The notes under the pieces were generated by a model. It was not told the origin of the DNA. It saw only the letters and a program-made list of their open reading frames with translations, and searched no databases. The position numbers were made by a program, and so were the translations under genes. Below are positions 31,671 through 41,617 of a stretch of DNA of 63,972 bases, in pieces (positions within the stretch are counted from its first letter, which is position 1; the number at the start of each line of letters is the position of its first letter). This DNA comes from Alphaproteobacteria bacterium (GTDB lineage Bacteria > Pseudomonadota > Alphaproteobacteria > UBA9219): contig JARLJD010000021.1 of the NCBI GenBank assembly GCA_031291395.1, forward strand, positions 1 to 63,972. Direction: 5' to 3'.

Positions 31671-31814
31671 ATTCTGGCATCAGCGAATACTGAAGCAAGC
31701 CTACTCGACATGAAGCGAAAACACTACTGATTTTGATCAAAAAACCGATGGATGCAGCTCTCTTTTAGTAGTATCTTATGGCATATAATACTACCGTCAA
31801 ACGGGCAAAATAGC

Positions 31815-32069
31815 ATGCAAACCGCCGAAAAACTTTCCATCACCCTTCCCGCCGAAATGGTTCGCGTTATCCGCGAGAAAGTCGGCACGGGCGCTTACGG
31901 CTCGAACAGCGAGGTCATCCGCGAAGCGTTGCGCGGCTGGATGGATCGCGAACGCCGCCTTGCCACGCTGGACGCCTCGATCACGCGCGGCATAGCCGAC
32001 TCCAAAGCCGGACGAACGCAGGAAATCGGGGCTGTTCGAAAGGAATTACGAAAGCGATTCAAGTCGTGA
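31815..32069 (+). CDS. parD: ParD-type antitoxin (ribbon-helix-helix, COG3609-like)
   Basis: 84 aa. MQTAEKLSITLPAEMVRVIREKVGTGAYGSNSEVIREALRGWMDRE resembles ParD/CopG-type antitoxins. Confidence 0.65.
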   Translation: MQTAEKLSITLPAEMVRVIREKVGTGAYGSNSEVIREALRGWMDRERRLATLDASITRGIADSKAGRTQEIGAVRKELRKRFKS

Positions 32070-32104
32070 GGATCGTTATCACGGATGAAGCCAAAGCCAA
32101 ATGA
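32066..32104 (+). pseudogene. 12-codon stub of a ParE/RelE-type toxin gene
   Basis: The GTG overlaps the parD stop (GTGA coupling). It reads VRIVITDEAKAK then stop, resembling the start of ParE toxins. Repeat B5 follows 32 nt later. Confidence 0.4.
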
Positions 32105-32135
32105 GTACACTGTAAAACGTCATAAGTTATCTTTT

Positions 32136-32204
32136 CGTAGGGGCGGCTTCCAGCCGCGACTGTTGGTGTTAGAAATGTGGTCGCGGCTGGAAGCCGCTCC
32201 TACG
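32136..32204. repeat. Family B REPIN-like repeat, copy B5
   Basis: CGTAGGGGCGGCTTCCAGCCGCGAC, a spacer, then GTCGCGGCTGGAAGCCGCTCCTACG. Confidence 0.9.
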
Positions 32205-32242
32205 AAAAAGCGCACCTTGTACCGACCAAGAGAATAAATCCC

Positions 32243-32710
32243 CTACCCCCGTCCCCGATAAGGCACAACGCCCGTATCCGGCACCACAACTCCTGCCGGA
32301 ATCTTCCCTTTTTGAAAAAACACATCAATCGGCATCCCGCCGCGCGGGTACCAATACCCACACACGCGCAGCCATTTCGGCTTGATCGTTTTGATCAGCC
32401 GGTCGCCGATGCCCACCGTGCAGGCTTCGTGGAAATCGCCGTGGTTGCGGAAGGACTGGAAGAACAGCTTCAACGATTTACTCTCGACCAGCCATTTGCC
32501 GGGCACATAATCCACAACGATATGCGCGAAATCCGGCTGTCCCGTCAGGGGGCACAGGCTAGTGAATTCCGGACATACGAAACGCACGACATAATCATGT
32601 TCGGGATAAGGCCGCGGCACTTTCTCGATCACGGCTCGATCGGGCGAAACGGGAACAGGCGTTTTGCGCCCCAGCTGCGTCAAAGAATGATAAGGCGTTT
32701 TCGGCATCAC
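32243..32710 (-). CDS. queF: NADPH-dependent 7-cyano-7-deazaguanine (preQ0) reductase
   Basis: [23 protein letters not shown]...[20 protein letters not shown] is the unimodular QueF signature. Confidence 0.9.
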   Translation of the reverse strand: MMPKTPYHSLTQLGRKTPVPVSPDRAVIEKVPRPYPEHDYVVRFVCPEFTSLCPLTGQPDFAHIVVDYVPGKWLVESKSLKLFFQSFRNHGDFHEACTVGIGDRLIKTIKPKWLRVCGYWYPRGGMPIDVFFQKGKIPAGVVVPDTGVVPYRGRG

Positions 32711-33552
32711 ATGAAATGATAGCTAAGCCCGGCGCGCAAAGCTGTATCGCTCGTGCGGCTGGAGGGTTCCATAATATACGCGCCTAATGCGTAATCTGCC
32801 ACCCATGGGCTTGCGACATAGTGGAAATGATCATAGTCAAGAGCGGTAAAAATCTCCCAGCGGCGCGTTAAGTCGAAGCCGATCTTGCCGCCGACCTTAT
32901 ACATGCCCGCGGAATCCAGATCGCAGGTGGTGTGATCGGTTTCCATCTTCCCAGCGAAAGTGGTTCCGGCTGACGCATAAGCCGAGAGAATCAACCTCCT
33001 GAAGGGCGACCATTGCCCCATAAGGCCAGCCAGAAAATCAAAATTGCTATAATCCTCCACCTGACCACCGCCGAGATTACGATCCCAATAACGGTAACCA
33101 ATCTCGGCATAAGGCGTTAGCATCACGCTTCTGCCCAGCACATAGCCGCGACCAATTTTTCCATCGACAGTCGTTATGGTTTCGTGGCTTGTAAACTGCG
33201 TCGGCGTTTCGCTGCCGTCGCTGTAAAGAATCGCGCCTGTGTATGTGTCGTCGCCAAAAGACCTCGCTCCCTCAAACGCGAAATACCAATTGCCGCCGGT
33301 CATATAATTTAGTCCCGCGGCAACCGAGGGGAGCGAACCGTGCTGGCTGTCAGGAATAGGCGACACGGCCTCCTTATAGCCAAGCGTCGACTCTCCGGCA
33401 GAAACCCAAATAGAGCTATTTGAATCGTGAATCGTCTGAACGCCGGACTCGCTTCCCGACAGAGAGTTCGCGCTGGCTGGCGAGTGAAATAAAACAGACG
33501 CACAAAAAACCACACCCACGGCGCAAATGCCGGATCGAAAGACCCAATGCAT
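32707..33552 (-). CDS. Outer-membrane beta-barrel protein (putative)
   Basis: Signal peptide [28 protein letters not shown], alternating aromatic/Gly-rich strands and C-terminal GLSYHFM. It overlaps the queF start by 4 nt. Confidence 0.5.
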   Translation of the reverse strand: MHWVFRSGICAVGVVFCASVLFHSPASANSLSGSESGVQTIHDSNSSIWVSAGESTLGYKEAVSPIPDSQHGSLPSVAAGLNYMTGGNWYFAFEGARSFGDDTYTGAILYSDGSETPTQFTSHETITTVDGKIGRGYVLGRSVMLTPYAEIGYRYWDRNLGGGQVEDYSNFDFLAGLMGQWSPFRRLILSAYASAGTTFAGKMETDHTTCDLDSAGMYKVGGKIGFDLTRRWEIFTALDYDHFHYVASPWVADYALGAYIMEPSSRTSDTALRAGLSYHFM

Positions 33553-33574
33553 GATTTCACCTTGATTAATCCAC

Positions 33575-33997
33575 TTACCTGCCCGTTGTACGCCAGGATC
33601 CGTCTGGTTGCAAGCATGCGGTGCCACTAACCGGCGCGCCGTCGATCACCGATTGGAAGTCGCGGCAGGTGCGTCCCGCGCTGTCGATAAAGGTCTGCGA
33701 CGTCGGCGTAACCGATACGGGTTGAGCGATAGTTACGGTTTGCGGCGCGACATACACAGGAGCCGGCGTTTGATAAACGACGGTGGGCGGCGAGACATAA
33801 TAAGTCGGGTAATCGTAATCGGGCGCATAATAGGAGTAATAACCGCCGCCGCAACACACAGAACCAAGACCAATCCCCAAAGCCAAGCCCGTTCCAAGTC
33901 CCCAGCCCCATCCGCCGCCGCCACGCCAAGCATAAGCCGGCATCGCGGCAGTAAGGCCAAGAGCAAGAACGATAACGGCAAGAAGAGCACGACGCAT
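33575..33997 (-). CDS. Glycine-rich surface-antigen-like exported protein
   Basis: Signal peptide, a Gly/Trp zipper GGGGWGWGLGTGLALGIGLG, and C-terminal RTCRDFQ...GTACLQPDGSW. This resembles the 17-kDa-antigen/COG4520-type motif from memory. Confidence 0.5.
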   Translation of the reverse strand: MRRALLAVIVLALGLTAAMPAYAWRGGGGWGWGLGTGLALGIGLGSVCCGGGYYSYYAPDYDYPTYYVSPPTVVYQTPAPVYVAPQTVTIAQPVSVTPTSQTFIDSAGRTCRDFQSVIDGAPVSGTACLQPDGSWRTTGR

Positions 33998-34171
33998 GGC
34001 AGCCTCCTCCTTTGAAAGGAACAGTCTAACAGTCTAATTGATACACAAGTCTATGTCAAAATCGAGGCGCCGACAAACCAGAACGCTAACCAATTTACTG
34101 GACACACGAAAGGGGCGTTTGTTATACAAACCTGCGGTTTCTAGGCACCCTCTATTTTAAGGAGCAATTCA

Positions 34172-34813
34172 ATGAGCGAAACATCTGACAATCAAACCCC
34201 CACAGTATCTCAAGAATTTGATGTGGCAAAAGCCATAGCTGCCCTACCCGCAGAAGGTCAGGTCGCGTTGTTTCAAGACTCCGTCCAGCAGAGGAAGCCT
34301 TCGGCTCTGAAGCTTATCCTAGCTTCTGCGTCTATTGATCCTGAGCAGTTAGCGACTGCATTTCTCCCTGCGGTTAGGCATGGCCATCTCGACATAGTAA
34401 GCGCGATGCTTCCTTATGTCGATGTGAATTTTCACGACAAGCTTAATGGCTATACTCCGCTGATGTCGGCGGCGATGCAACCCCAGACGGAGTGTGTGGA
34501 CTTGCTTTTGGCGAGTCCGAATATTGACATAAATGCCACAACCACACCCGACAGCCACATTACTGTGGCAATACTGCTTGAGCCATATAGAGATTCTGAA
34601 CATCCGGCATTGAAAGAACTTTCAGACATTGCAGACAAGATATTTAAGGATCCTCGTTTTGATGCAACGGCACATGACGCGCACAATAAGGCATTGAAAG
34701 AAATTGAATCGCAAAAGAATGAGAGATGGAAGCAGGTTACGGCTAGAGATGAAGAGAGACGTAAAGTGGTTCAAGATCTCGTAGCGCCCGTAAAAAGCGC
34801 GCTCGGGTTGTGA
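34172..34813 (+). CDS. Ankyrin-repeat protein in a compositionally AT-richer segment
   Basis: At least two ANK-like units (AVRHGHLDIVSAMLPYVDVNFHD; NGYTPLMSAAMQPQTECVDLLLASPNIDINA). A strong SD (TAAGGAG) lies 7 nt upstream of the ATG. Codons are biased to A/T endings, unlike the neighbours. Confidence 0.65.
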   Translation: MSETSDNQTPTVSQEFDVAKAIAALPAEGQVALFQDSVQQRKPSALKLILASASIDPEQLATAFLPAVRHGHLDIVSAMLPYVDVNFHDKLNGYTPLMSAAMQPQTECVDLLLASPNIDINATTTPDSHITVAILLEPYRDSEHPALKELSDIADKIFKDPRFDATAHDAHNKALKEIESQKNERWKQVTARDEERRKVVQDLVAPVKSALGL

Positions 34814-34852
34814 CGTTTTACTTGGGGCGACTAAGAAATCGTGGACATTTTA

Positions 34853-36403
34853 TTAAGGGAAAATCATCCGGAAAAACTGCCCCATAATATCCCCCGCGCC
34901 GTCCGTCGAATGGCTGTTTTCTAGGCTTTTGGCCATTTGTTTGCCAAGTTCGACCCCCGGCTGGTCGAAAGCGTTGATGTCCCAGATGACGCTCTGGACG
35001 AAGGTTTTGTGTTCATATAAAGCCAGCAGCATCCCTAGACGGTACGGGTCGAGCTTGTCGAGCAGGATCAAGTTCGAGGGGCGGCCTCCGGCGTAAACAT
35101 CCTGCGGCTTTGCCGCCTGCTTGCGCCCCAAAGCAAGCGCCCCCATTTGCGCCGCCATATTCGACAGCAAGGCGCGGTGATGATCGGGCTGGTTCAGGTC
35201 GTCTGTGGCCACGCCGATGAAATCGGCGGGGATGATGTCGGTGCCTTGATGCAGGCATTGATGGAAACTGTGCTGGCTGATCGTGCCGCAATCGCCGAAG
35301 AGAACCGGCGCGGTCGCGTAACCTGTGGCCTCGCCGCCGCGCGTGACGGACTTGCCGTTGCTTTCCATCTCTAGCTGCTGCAAATAGCGCGGCAGATCGC
35401 GCAATCTTTCGCAGTAGGGCAAAATCGCCAAAGCCGACGCGCCCAAAAAATTTCGGTTCCAGATGCCGAGCAAAGCCAAAACAACCGGCATGTTGGAGAC
35501 CAGCGGCGCGGTTTGGAAATGCGCGTCCATAGAAGCTGCGCCCGCCAGCAGGGCGCGAAAATTGTCGTTGCCTATGGCCAAACCCACGCTTAGCCCGACG
35601 GCGGACCAGAGGCTATAGCGTCCTCCCACCCAGTCCCACATCGGGAACATGTTCTCGGCGTGAATGCCAAAGGCTTCGACCGCGTCGCGGTTGACGGAAA
35701 CGGCGACGAAGTGCCGCTCGACCGCGCCTTCGCCCAATTTTTCCACCAGCCAGCGCCGCGCGGAATGGGCGTTGAGCAGCGTCTCTTGCGTCGTGAAGGT
35801 TTTGGAAACGACGACGAACAAAGTCTGCGCCGGATCGACTTTCCTCAGAACGTCCGCAATGTCGAAAGCGTCGGCGTTGGCGACAAAATGCGTTTCAAAG
35901 CCTGACGCGTAAGGCTGCAGCGCCTTGGCCGCCAGACGCGGGCCCAGATCAGAGCCGCCGATTCCGATATTGACGATTGCGCGAAAAGGCTTGCCGGTCG
36001 CTCCTGTCCATTTTCCCGTGCGCACATCGTCGACAAAAGCCGAGATGCGGTTTTGCGCGGCGCGCACTTCCGGCATGACATCAATCGCGTCGAGAAAAAC
36101 CGGCGCGTCGTCAAGGCGGCGCAGAGCGGTATGCAAGGCGGCGCGGTTTTCGGTCGCGTTGATTTTGTCGCCCTTGAACATGCGCGCGCGCCAGTCGGGG
36201 ACTTGTTGCTGCGCGGCCAAGGCGACGAGAAGCGGCAAAGTCTCGGCGCTCACGTTCTGAAACGCGTAGTTCAGGCGCAAGCCGTCGAAAGCGATGTCGA
36301 AAGTCTTGAGTCGCGCAACATCGTCGAACGCGACTCTTGTTTGGCGTAGGGAATCGCGATGCCGAAGCAAGGCTTGCCAAGCGGGGGAGGAAGTCAGCGT
36401 CAT
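34853..36403 (-). CDS. pgi: Glucose-6-phosphate isomerase
   Basis: 516 aa with IGIGGSDLGP, VSKTFTTQETL, the GGRYSLWSAVG signature and QHSFHQ. Confidence 0.93.
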   Translation of the reverse strand: MTLTSSPAWQALLRHRDSLRQTRVAFDDVARLKTFDIAFDGLRLNYAFQNVSAETLPLLVALAAQQQVPDWRARMFKGDKINATENRAALHTALRRLDDAPVFLDAIDVMPEVRAAQNRISAFVDDVRTGKWTGATGKPFRAIVNIGIGGSDLGPRLAAKALQPYASGFETHFVANADAFDIADVLRKVDPAQTLFVVVSKTFTTQETLLNAHSARRWLVEKLGEGAVERHFVAVSVNRDAVEAFGIHAENMFPMWDWVGGRYSLWSAVGLSVGLAIGNDNFRALLAGAASMDAHFQTAPLVSNMPVVLALLGIWNRNFLGASALAILPYCERLRDLPRYLQQLEMESNGKSVTRGGEATGYATAPVLFGDCGTISQHSFHQCLHQGTDIIPADFIGVATDDLNQPDHHRALLSNMAAQMGALALGRKQAAKPQDVYAGGRPSNLILLDKLDPYRLGMLLALYEHKTFVQSVIWDINAFDQPGVELGKQMAKSLENSHSTDGAGDIMGQFFRMIFP

Positions 36404-36459
36404 GAGTCCTCGCGTAGAAAGGCGGCATTTTGACGGTTAGAAATAACAGTGCCGTGGAA

Positions 36460-36504
36460 ACGGCTGGCTTCCCTCCCCCTCTATGGGGGAGGGGATTCCA
36501 CCGT
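36460..36504. repeat. Family C short hairpin, copy C5
   Basis: ACGGCTGGCTTCCCTCCCCCTCTATGGGGGAGGGGATTCCACCGT. It ends 3 nt from the infA stop. Confidence 0.8.
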
Positions 36505-36507
36505 CCA

Positions 36508-36726
36508 TCACTTATGTCGGAACGTAATGCGTCCTTTAGAGAGATCGTAGGGCGTCATTTCGACATTGACTTTGTCGCCAGCCAAAACGCGGATGCGGTT
36601 TTTGCGCATCTTGCCGGACGTGTGAGCCAGAACTTCGTGCCCGTTGTCCAAAATCACGCGAAACATCGCGTTGGGAAGAATTTCGGAAACGACGCCTTCA
36701 AATTCAAGAGGATCTTCTTTTGCCAT
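36508..36726 (-). CDS. infA: Translation initiation factor IF-1
   Basis: [70 protein letters not shown] is near-canonical IF-1. The start is set at the internal ATG. Confidence 0.93.
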   Translation of the reverse strand: MAKEDPLEFEGVVSEILPNAMFRVILDNGHEVLAHTSGKMRKNRIRVLAGDKVNVEMTPYDLSKGRITFRHK

Positions 36727-36839
36727 TATCGGGCTTTCGGATGCAGGTTTCAATTTTCAGGCAAGGGGTAACAGGAATCCGCGCGAAGGTAAAGGGCAGT
36801 GAAAACAGGCATTTTCGCTCTACCGGCACTTTTCAATGG

Positions 36840-37412
36840 TTAACCCCACCGCCTTACCGGCCCCACATCCAGATGCACAAATTGGGATTTGGGGTAATAG
36901 CCGACGCCGCCGCGGCGCATTGTAAGCGCGGTTTGGTGCAGTGAAGGTAAAGGGGTGCCGTCCAAACGAACATCGATCGCCATGCCGCGCATGTGATAGC
37001 TGTTTCGGGCGACGCCGCCGCTGGCCTCGCGCAAATGCCGGTTCGTGGCAGGGCAGCGATAGCCGGAAATAACTTCTATCGCGCGATCGCTGCGCAGATT
37101 GGTTTGCAGATCGTGGAGCAAATCCATCAGCCCCAGACTCATAATATGCGTTTCGCCGGAATAATGGTCGCGCAGAATGTGGTTGATTTGCGCCCACGCG
37201 CCACGGTCATACACGCCGTCTTTCCAATAGGCCGTGCGCAACCTTTCATCAGTATGGAGATTATGAAACGAGAGAACCCGCGCGCCCTGCGCTTTCGGCC
37301 GCGGCGGCACAGCAGCCCACTTGGCAAAGGCGGGCGCGGAAACGCCGCAGGAAAGCGCCAAAAGCCCCCAACCCAAAAAACCGCGTCGCGTACTGTTGAA
37401 AAAACGATCCAT
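36840..37412 (-). CDS. DUF882 / peptidase M15A family murein endopeptidase (YcbK/MepK-like), Tat-type signal
   Basis: Twin-arginine TRRGFLGWGLLAL, then ISGYRCPATN, SYHMRGMAIDV and FVHLDVGPVRRW. Confidence 0.8.
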   Translation of the reverse strand: MDRFFNSTRRGFLGWGLLALSCGVSAPAFAKWAAVPPRPKAQGARVLSFHNLHTDERLRTAYWKDGVYDRGAWAQINHILRDHYSGETHIMSLGLMDLLHDLQTNLRSDRAIEVISGYRCPATNRHLREASGGVARNSYHMRGMAIDVRLDGTPLPSLHQTALTMRRGGVGYYPKSQFVHLDVGPVRRWG

Positions 37413-37515
37413 GCGCAAAAGGTTCCCACAAACGATCTGCGCTGAATCTAGATTTATCGGCGCGGAGATGCAAGCAAGAACACGGGGGGAATTACTTTCG
37501 GTCGGCAAACAGGCT

Positions 37516-39153
37516 TCAATTTTTAACCTTATTCATTAACGATGAATCGTAACCATATATATCTTTTCGGAAATTTATTTTCCCGTCGCTGTCGAAAAAG
37601 ACGCTCCAATAAAGGAAATAAACCGAAATCGGGCTGGCGAGGGTGACGGTGCGGGTGTTTCCGGCGTCGATTGCGTCCGAGATTCTTTGTTGATCCCAAC
37701 CACCGTTTTCCTTGTTGTCTTCCAGCAAAATTTCCCCGACGCGCGTCGGCTCGGCCAGACGCACGCAGCCGGAGCTGAAATCGCGCGTGGCTTTTCCGAA
37801 CAATTCCTGATGCGGCGTGCCGTGCATGTAAACACCGAAGGGGCTGTAGAAATTAAATTTCAACTGTCCGAGGCTGTTCATATCGCCCGGATCCTGCCGC
37901 AGTCGATAGGTGAATCCCTTGGGCGAAACATCTTTCCAGTCGATCGTCGTGCCCGCGGGATCGTCGTCGCGGCCAACAATCACCGCCCCCAGTTTTTCCA
38001 GATAATACGGGTTTTTGCGCAGTTTAGGCAGAATATCCTTGCGCGCGATCGACAGCGGCACATGCCAAGCGGGATTGATGACCATATTCAGGATCCGGCT
38101 ATCGACAAAAGGCGTGGGACGATCGGTACGGCCATCAACGACGCGGCCTGTATAAACCTCGACGCCGTTTTCGCGGATGGTCACGGTGAAATCGGGAATA
38201 TTGACCATAACGTAACGATCGGGCGGAAATTCCTCCGTCATATGCCGCCAGCGTTCCATATTGGCGCGGATTTGCAGAATGCGCTGCGCGACGGGAACAT
38301 TCACCGCGGCCAGCGTTTCCGCTCCGGCGTGGCCGTCGGGCAACAAGCCGTTATGATTTTGATAGTCGATCAAGGCTTCTTCCAAAGCGTCGTCAAAGAA
38401 ATCGCCCTGCCCTTCCGCGGGCACCGCGACATAACCTTCCGCCGCCAAACGCGCGCGCAGCTGCGCGACGCGAACACCGCGATCCTGCGGCAGCAACGTC
38501 GCGCCCGACGCCACGGTCGGCCAGCCACTTTTGGCCTCTATTTCGCTATAGCGCTGTAAGGCGGCGGCAAGCGCTCGGTAGGCGGTTTGCTGCGGCGCGA
38601 TTTGCTGGAAGAAGTCGTTCATCGTTCCGCTTGTGATCGCGGCATTCAGCAAGGCCGGAATATCCGCGGCTTTACGATGAAAATCCCATCCGGGATAGAG
38701 GGCATCGAGATTAAGATCGTCGCCGTGCAGATCGTGCGCTAGATGCAACAGGCTGGCCGTGATCATGAATTCCAGCTTTTGCTTGTCCGGCTGCGCCGTG
38801 CTTGCCAAAAGGCCGCGCATGTCATCCAACCGGTAAACCTCTTTGTCCAGCCCGTGCCATGTGGCGAGTTGGTCGAGAGAGTCTATGAAACCCCCTGCCT
38901 TTTTCAGCGTTTCCTCATCGGACAAGTCCCACACCGGATGAAAATCGCGCAGGGCGTAAAACCGGCTCAACTCCTCTTTCGTTTGGGGAGCAACGCCAGA
39001 AATAGATTCGATATTCACCGTGAGCGATTGAGCAGGCGCGACCGGAAGGGCGCAAGCTGCGCCGGGCCAAAACAAAAACGCGACAAGGGCAAGAACGATC
39101 AACATTGCGGGGAAGCTTTTCCAAAAAACGCTCACAGCGCTATTCTGCCTCAA
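37516..39153 (-). CDS. L,D-transpeptidase (YcbB/LdtD-like, YkuD catalytic domain)
   Basis: Signal/anchor, a PG-binding-like region (ALIDYQNHNGLLPDGHAG) and a YkuD motif ending HGTPH...SSGCVRL. It is adjacent to the YcbK-like gene, as in the conserved ycbB-ycbK pairing. Confidence 0.8.
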   Translation of the reverse strand: MRQNSAVSVFWKSFPAMLIVLALVAFLFWPGAACALPVAPAQSLTVNIESISGVAPQTKEELSRFYALRDFHPVWDLSDEETLKKAGGFIDSLDQLATWHGLDKEVYRLDDMRGLLASTAQPDKQKLEFMITASLLHLAHDLHGDDLNLDALYPGWDFHRKAADIPALLNAAITSGTMNDFFQQIAPQQTAYRALAAALQRYSEIEAKSGWPTVASGATLLPQDRGVRVAQLRARLAAEGYVAVPAEGQGDFFDDALEEALIDYQNHNGLLPDGHAGAETLAAVNVPVAQRILQIRANMERWRHMTEEFPPDRYVMVNIPDFTVTIRENGVEVYTGRVVDGRTDRPTPFVDSRILNMVINPAWHVPLSIARKDILPKLRKNPYYLEKLGAVIVGRDDDPAGTTIDWKDVSPKGFTYRLRQDPGDMNSLGQLKFNFYSPFGVYMHGTPHQELFGKATRDFSSGCVRLAEPTRVGEILLEDNKENGGWDQQRISDAIDAGNTRTVTLASPISVYFLYWSVFFDSDGKINFRKDIYGYDSSLMNKVKN

Positions 39154-39364
39154 ACAGGTAGGAAAAGGCTTAAAAATAAGTTTGCGAAAGGTTTACGCGG
39201 CGTGGTTTTTTTGGAAAAATGCTTACGGCGTCAAGTTTGCTGCATCAAACTTCGGAAAAGCGATTCAGCGAAATCCAATTTTTCACACATAACGAAGATT
39301 CTTAATTTGTTCGCGCAGTTCACCAAACAAGCTTGCTTTACCAGAATGAAGTTAAGCGCCGCAC

Positions 39365-39874
39365 TTACCCCCCCTTTCTCGCCACCACGCTCCTCCCCTC
39401 CCTGCACAGCGGGACATAAGACACACCGGCTGTATCCATCACCCGCACCTGCTGATCGACCTCATCAACCGGCGCAGAGGCTAATTGCCATACTTTGTCG
39501 CGATAGGCCGCGCAGAAATTCGGAGCCGTCATATCGGCGACTTTTTGCCCAAATTCGTTGCCGAGCCGCGTACGCAAATGATCAAGACGCGCCACGGGAT
39601 TGCCCTTCCCCGTCTTTTTGTACCAGGCGATCATCGTCTGTTCGGCGTTATGCAAAACGCCGATGTTGTTTTGGGTGAACCGCCCATAAGCCGTGGGCAA
39701 ATCCTGCCCTCCCGACCCCTGACCGCACGTCAGCGTGATAACCATAAGCTCGGAATGCAGCCGCAGCCATTGCTCCGCCTCCATTTGCGTCGGCGCATAG
39801 CACGCGCCCTTGGCAAAAGCAGACGGGGAAAACACGGCCAAAACCAGAGCCAAAAGACAACAAGCATATCTCAT
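39365..39874 (-). CDS. Exported protein of unknown function
   Basis: Start set at MRYACCLLALVLAVFSPSAFA (signal peptide). I recognise no motif. Confidence 0.45.
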   Translation of the reverse strand: MRYACCLLALVLAVFSPSAFAKGACYAPTQMEAEQWLRLHSELMVITLTCGQGSGGQDLPTAYGRFTQNNIGVLHNAEQTMIAWYKKTGKGNPVARLDHLRTRLGNEFGQKVADMTAPNFCAAYRDKVWQLASAPVDEVDQQVRVMDTAGVSYVPLCREGRSVVARKGG

Positions 39875-40240
39875 CTCAGTTCCCTCTTCATTCGTCGGAA
39901 AGTCCGGCAGGCTAGCACATCTAAAAAAAGATGCGATCCTTGAAAAAACATCTTGCATTTTTCCCATATTTAGGATATGACTGTTCCTGCATCCTCAAAA
40001 AAAAGGATGTGTGACCAGTGAAGCGACCTCGCCAAGCCATGGATTGCGAGATCAACGCCAGCCGGTCATGACGGAAGCGAGCGGACGGATTGACACCCGT
40101 CCCCCCGGGGATACGTCACTCATTTGAAAAAGGATCGCGGCAATGGGCTAAAACGGATAGAACAGGTAAAAAAGATCGGCAAGGAAAGAATAGGACGCAA
40201 ACTCGATTTCTCTGTTTTCCGACGCTTGTCCAAAAAAAAC

Positions 40241-40261
40241 GAACAAGAACAAAAAAAGAAC
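40241..40261 (+). promoter_or_regulatory. Candidate alphaproteobacterial LexA (SOS) box upstream of recA
   Basis: GAACAAGAACAAAAAAAGAAC contains GAAC-N7-GAAC (40247-40261) plus a third GAAC, about 100 nt upstream of the recA ATG. Confidence 0.5.
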
Positions 40262-40357
40262 TTGCGCACACAGGAAAAGGCGTATAAAAGAACAAAACAG
40301 AAACAGCGATACCCCATTCCTCCTCCCTCCCTTTCCTGCTAACCAAAGGAGCCTCCC

Positions 40358-41458
40358 ATGAGCGCCGCGCGCAACACCAACCTTCATATCGTCGAAAAAG
40401 AAAGCACCCCCATGAATCCCGAACGTCAAAAAGCCCTCGACGCCGCCCTCAGCCAGATCGAACGCGCCTTCGGCAAAGGCTCGGTGATGAAGCTTGGCGC
40501 GCAAGAAGCCGCGACCGAAATCGAAACCATTTCGACCGGCTCGCTCGGTCTCGACATCGCGCTTGGCATCGGCGGATTGCCGCGCGGACGCATCGTCGAA
40601 ATCTATGGGCCGGAAAGCTCAGGCAAAACCACGCTCGCGCTGCATGTCATCGCGCAAGCGCAAAAAACCGGCGGCACCTGCGCCTTTGTCGACGCCGAAC
40701 ACGCCCTCGACCCCATTTACGCCCGCAAATTAGGAGTAAAAATCGATGAACTTCTCATATCCCAGCCCGACGCCGGCGAACAGGCGCTTGAAATCGCGGA
40801 CACTCTCGTACGTTCCGGGGCCATTGACGTTCTGGTGGTCGATTCGGTCGCGGCTCTCGTACCGCGCGCCGAGCTGGAAGGCGAGATGGGCGACAGTCAT
40901 ATGGGGCTGCAAGCGCGCCTAATGAGCCAAGCGCTGCGCAAGCTAACCGGATCGATTTCCAAATCGCGCTGCATGGTGATCTTCATCAACCAGATTCGCA
41001 TGAAAATCGGCGTGATGTTCGGCAATCCCGAAACCACGACGGGCGGCAACGCGCTGAAATTCTACGCCTCCGTCCGCCTCGACATCCGCCGCATCGGCGC
41101 AATCAAGGATCGCGAAGCGATCGTGGGCAACCAGACCCGCGTCAAGGTCGTGAAGAACAAACTCGCGCCGCCCTTCCGCACCGTGGAATTTGATATTATG
41201 TACGGCGAAGGCATTTCCAAAATTGGCGAGTTGATCGATCTCGGCGCGCAAGCGGGCGTGGTCGAAAAATCCGGCGCTTGGTTTTCCTATGACGGCCAGC
41301 GCATCGGCCAAGGCCGCGAAAACGCCAAGCAATTCATGCGCGACAACCCCGATATGGCAAAAGCCATCGAACAAAAAGTCCGCGCGAACGCAGGCCTTGT
41401 CGCCGACGCGATGATGGGCGCGCCGGTAAGCGAGGACGATGCGGAAGGGGCGGCGTAA
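40358..41458 (+). CDS. recA: Recombinase A
   Basis: [22 protein letters not shown], Walker [10 protein letters not shown], and [38 protein letters not shown]. Confidence 0.97.
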   Translation: MSAARNTNLHIVEKESTPMNPERQKALDAALSQIERAFGKGSVMKLGAQEAATEIETISTGSLGLDIALGIGGLPRGRIVEIYGPESSGKTTLALHVIAQAQKTGGTCAFVDAEHALDPIYARKLGVKIDELLISQPDAGEQALEIADTLVRSGAIDVLVVDSVAALVPRAELEGEMGDSHMGLQARLMSQALRKLTGSISKSRCMVIFINQIRMKIGVMFGNPETTTGGNALKFYASVRLDIRRIGAIKDREAIVGNQTRVKVVKNKLAPPFRTVEFDIMYGEGISKIGELIDLGAQAGVVEKSGAWFSYDGQRIGQGRENAKQFMRDNPDMAKAIEQKVRANAGLVADAMMGAPVSEDDAEGAA

Positions 41459-41527
41459 AGCCCTCCCCTTGAACGATTAGGACAAGCATGATTCTTTTTG
41501 TGAGTCAGAAACAAAAACGCGGCGGTA

Positions 41528-41576
41528 GCGGCAGGATTCTCTCCCCCTCTGGGGGTGGGAATTCCCGCCGTTTTTT
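41528..41576 (+). terminator. Family C short hairpin (C6) followed by a T6 run; terminator candidate for recA
   Basis: GCGGCAGGATTCTCTCCCCCTCTGGGGGTGGGAATTCCCGCCG followed by TTTTTT, about 70 nt after the recA stop. Confidence 0.6.
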
Positions 41577-41617
41577 GTGACGGATCGTGTTAGAAATTGC
41601 TTTATGACGCAATAAGA

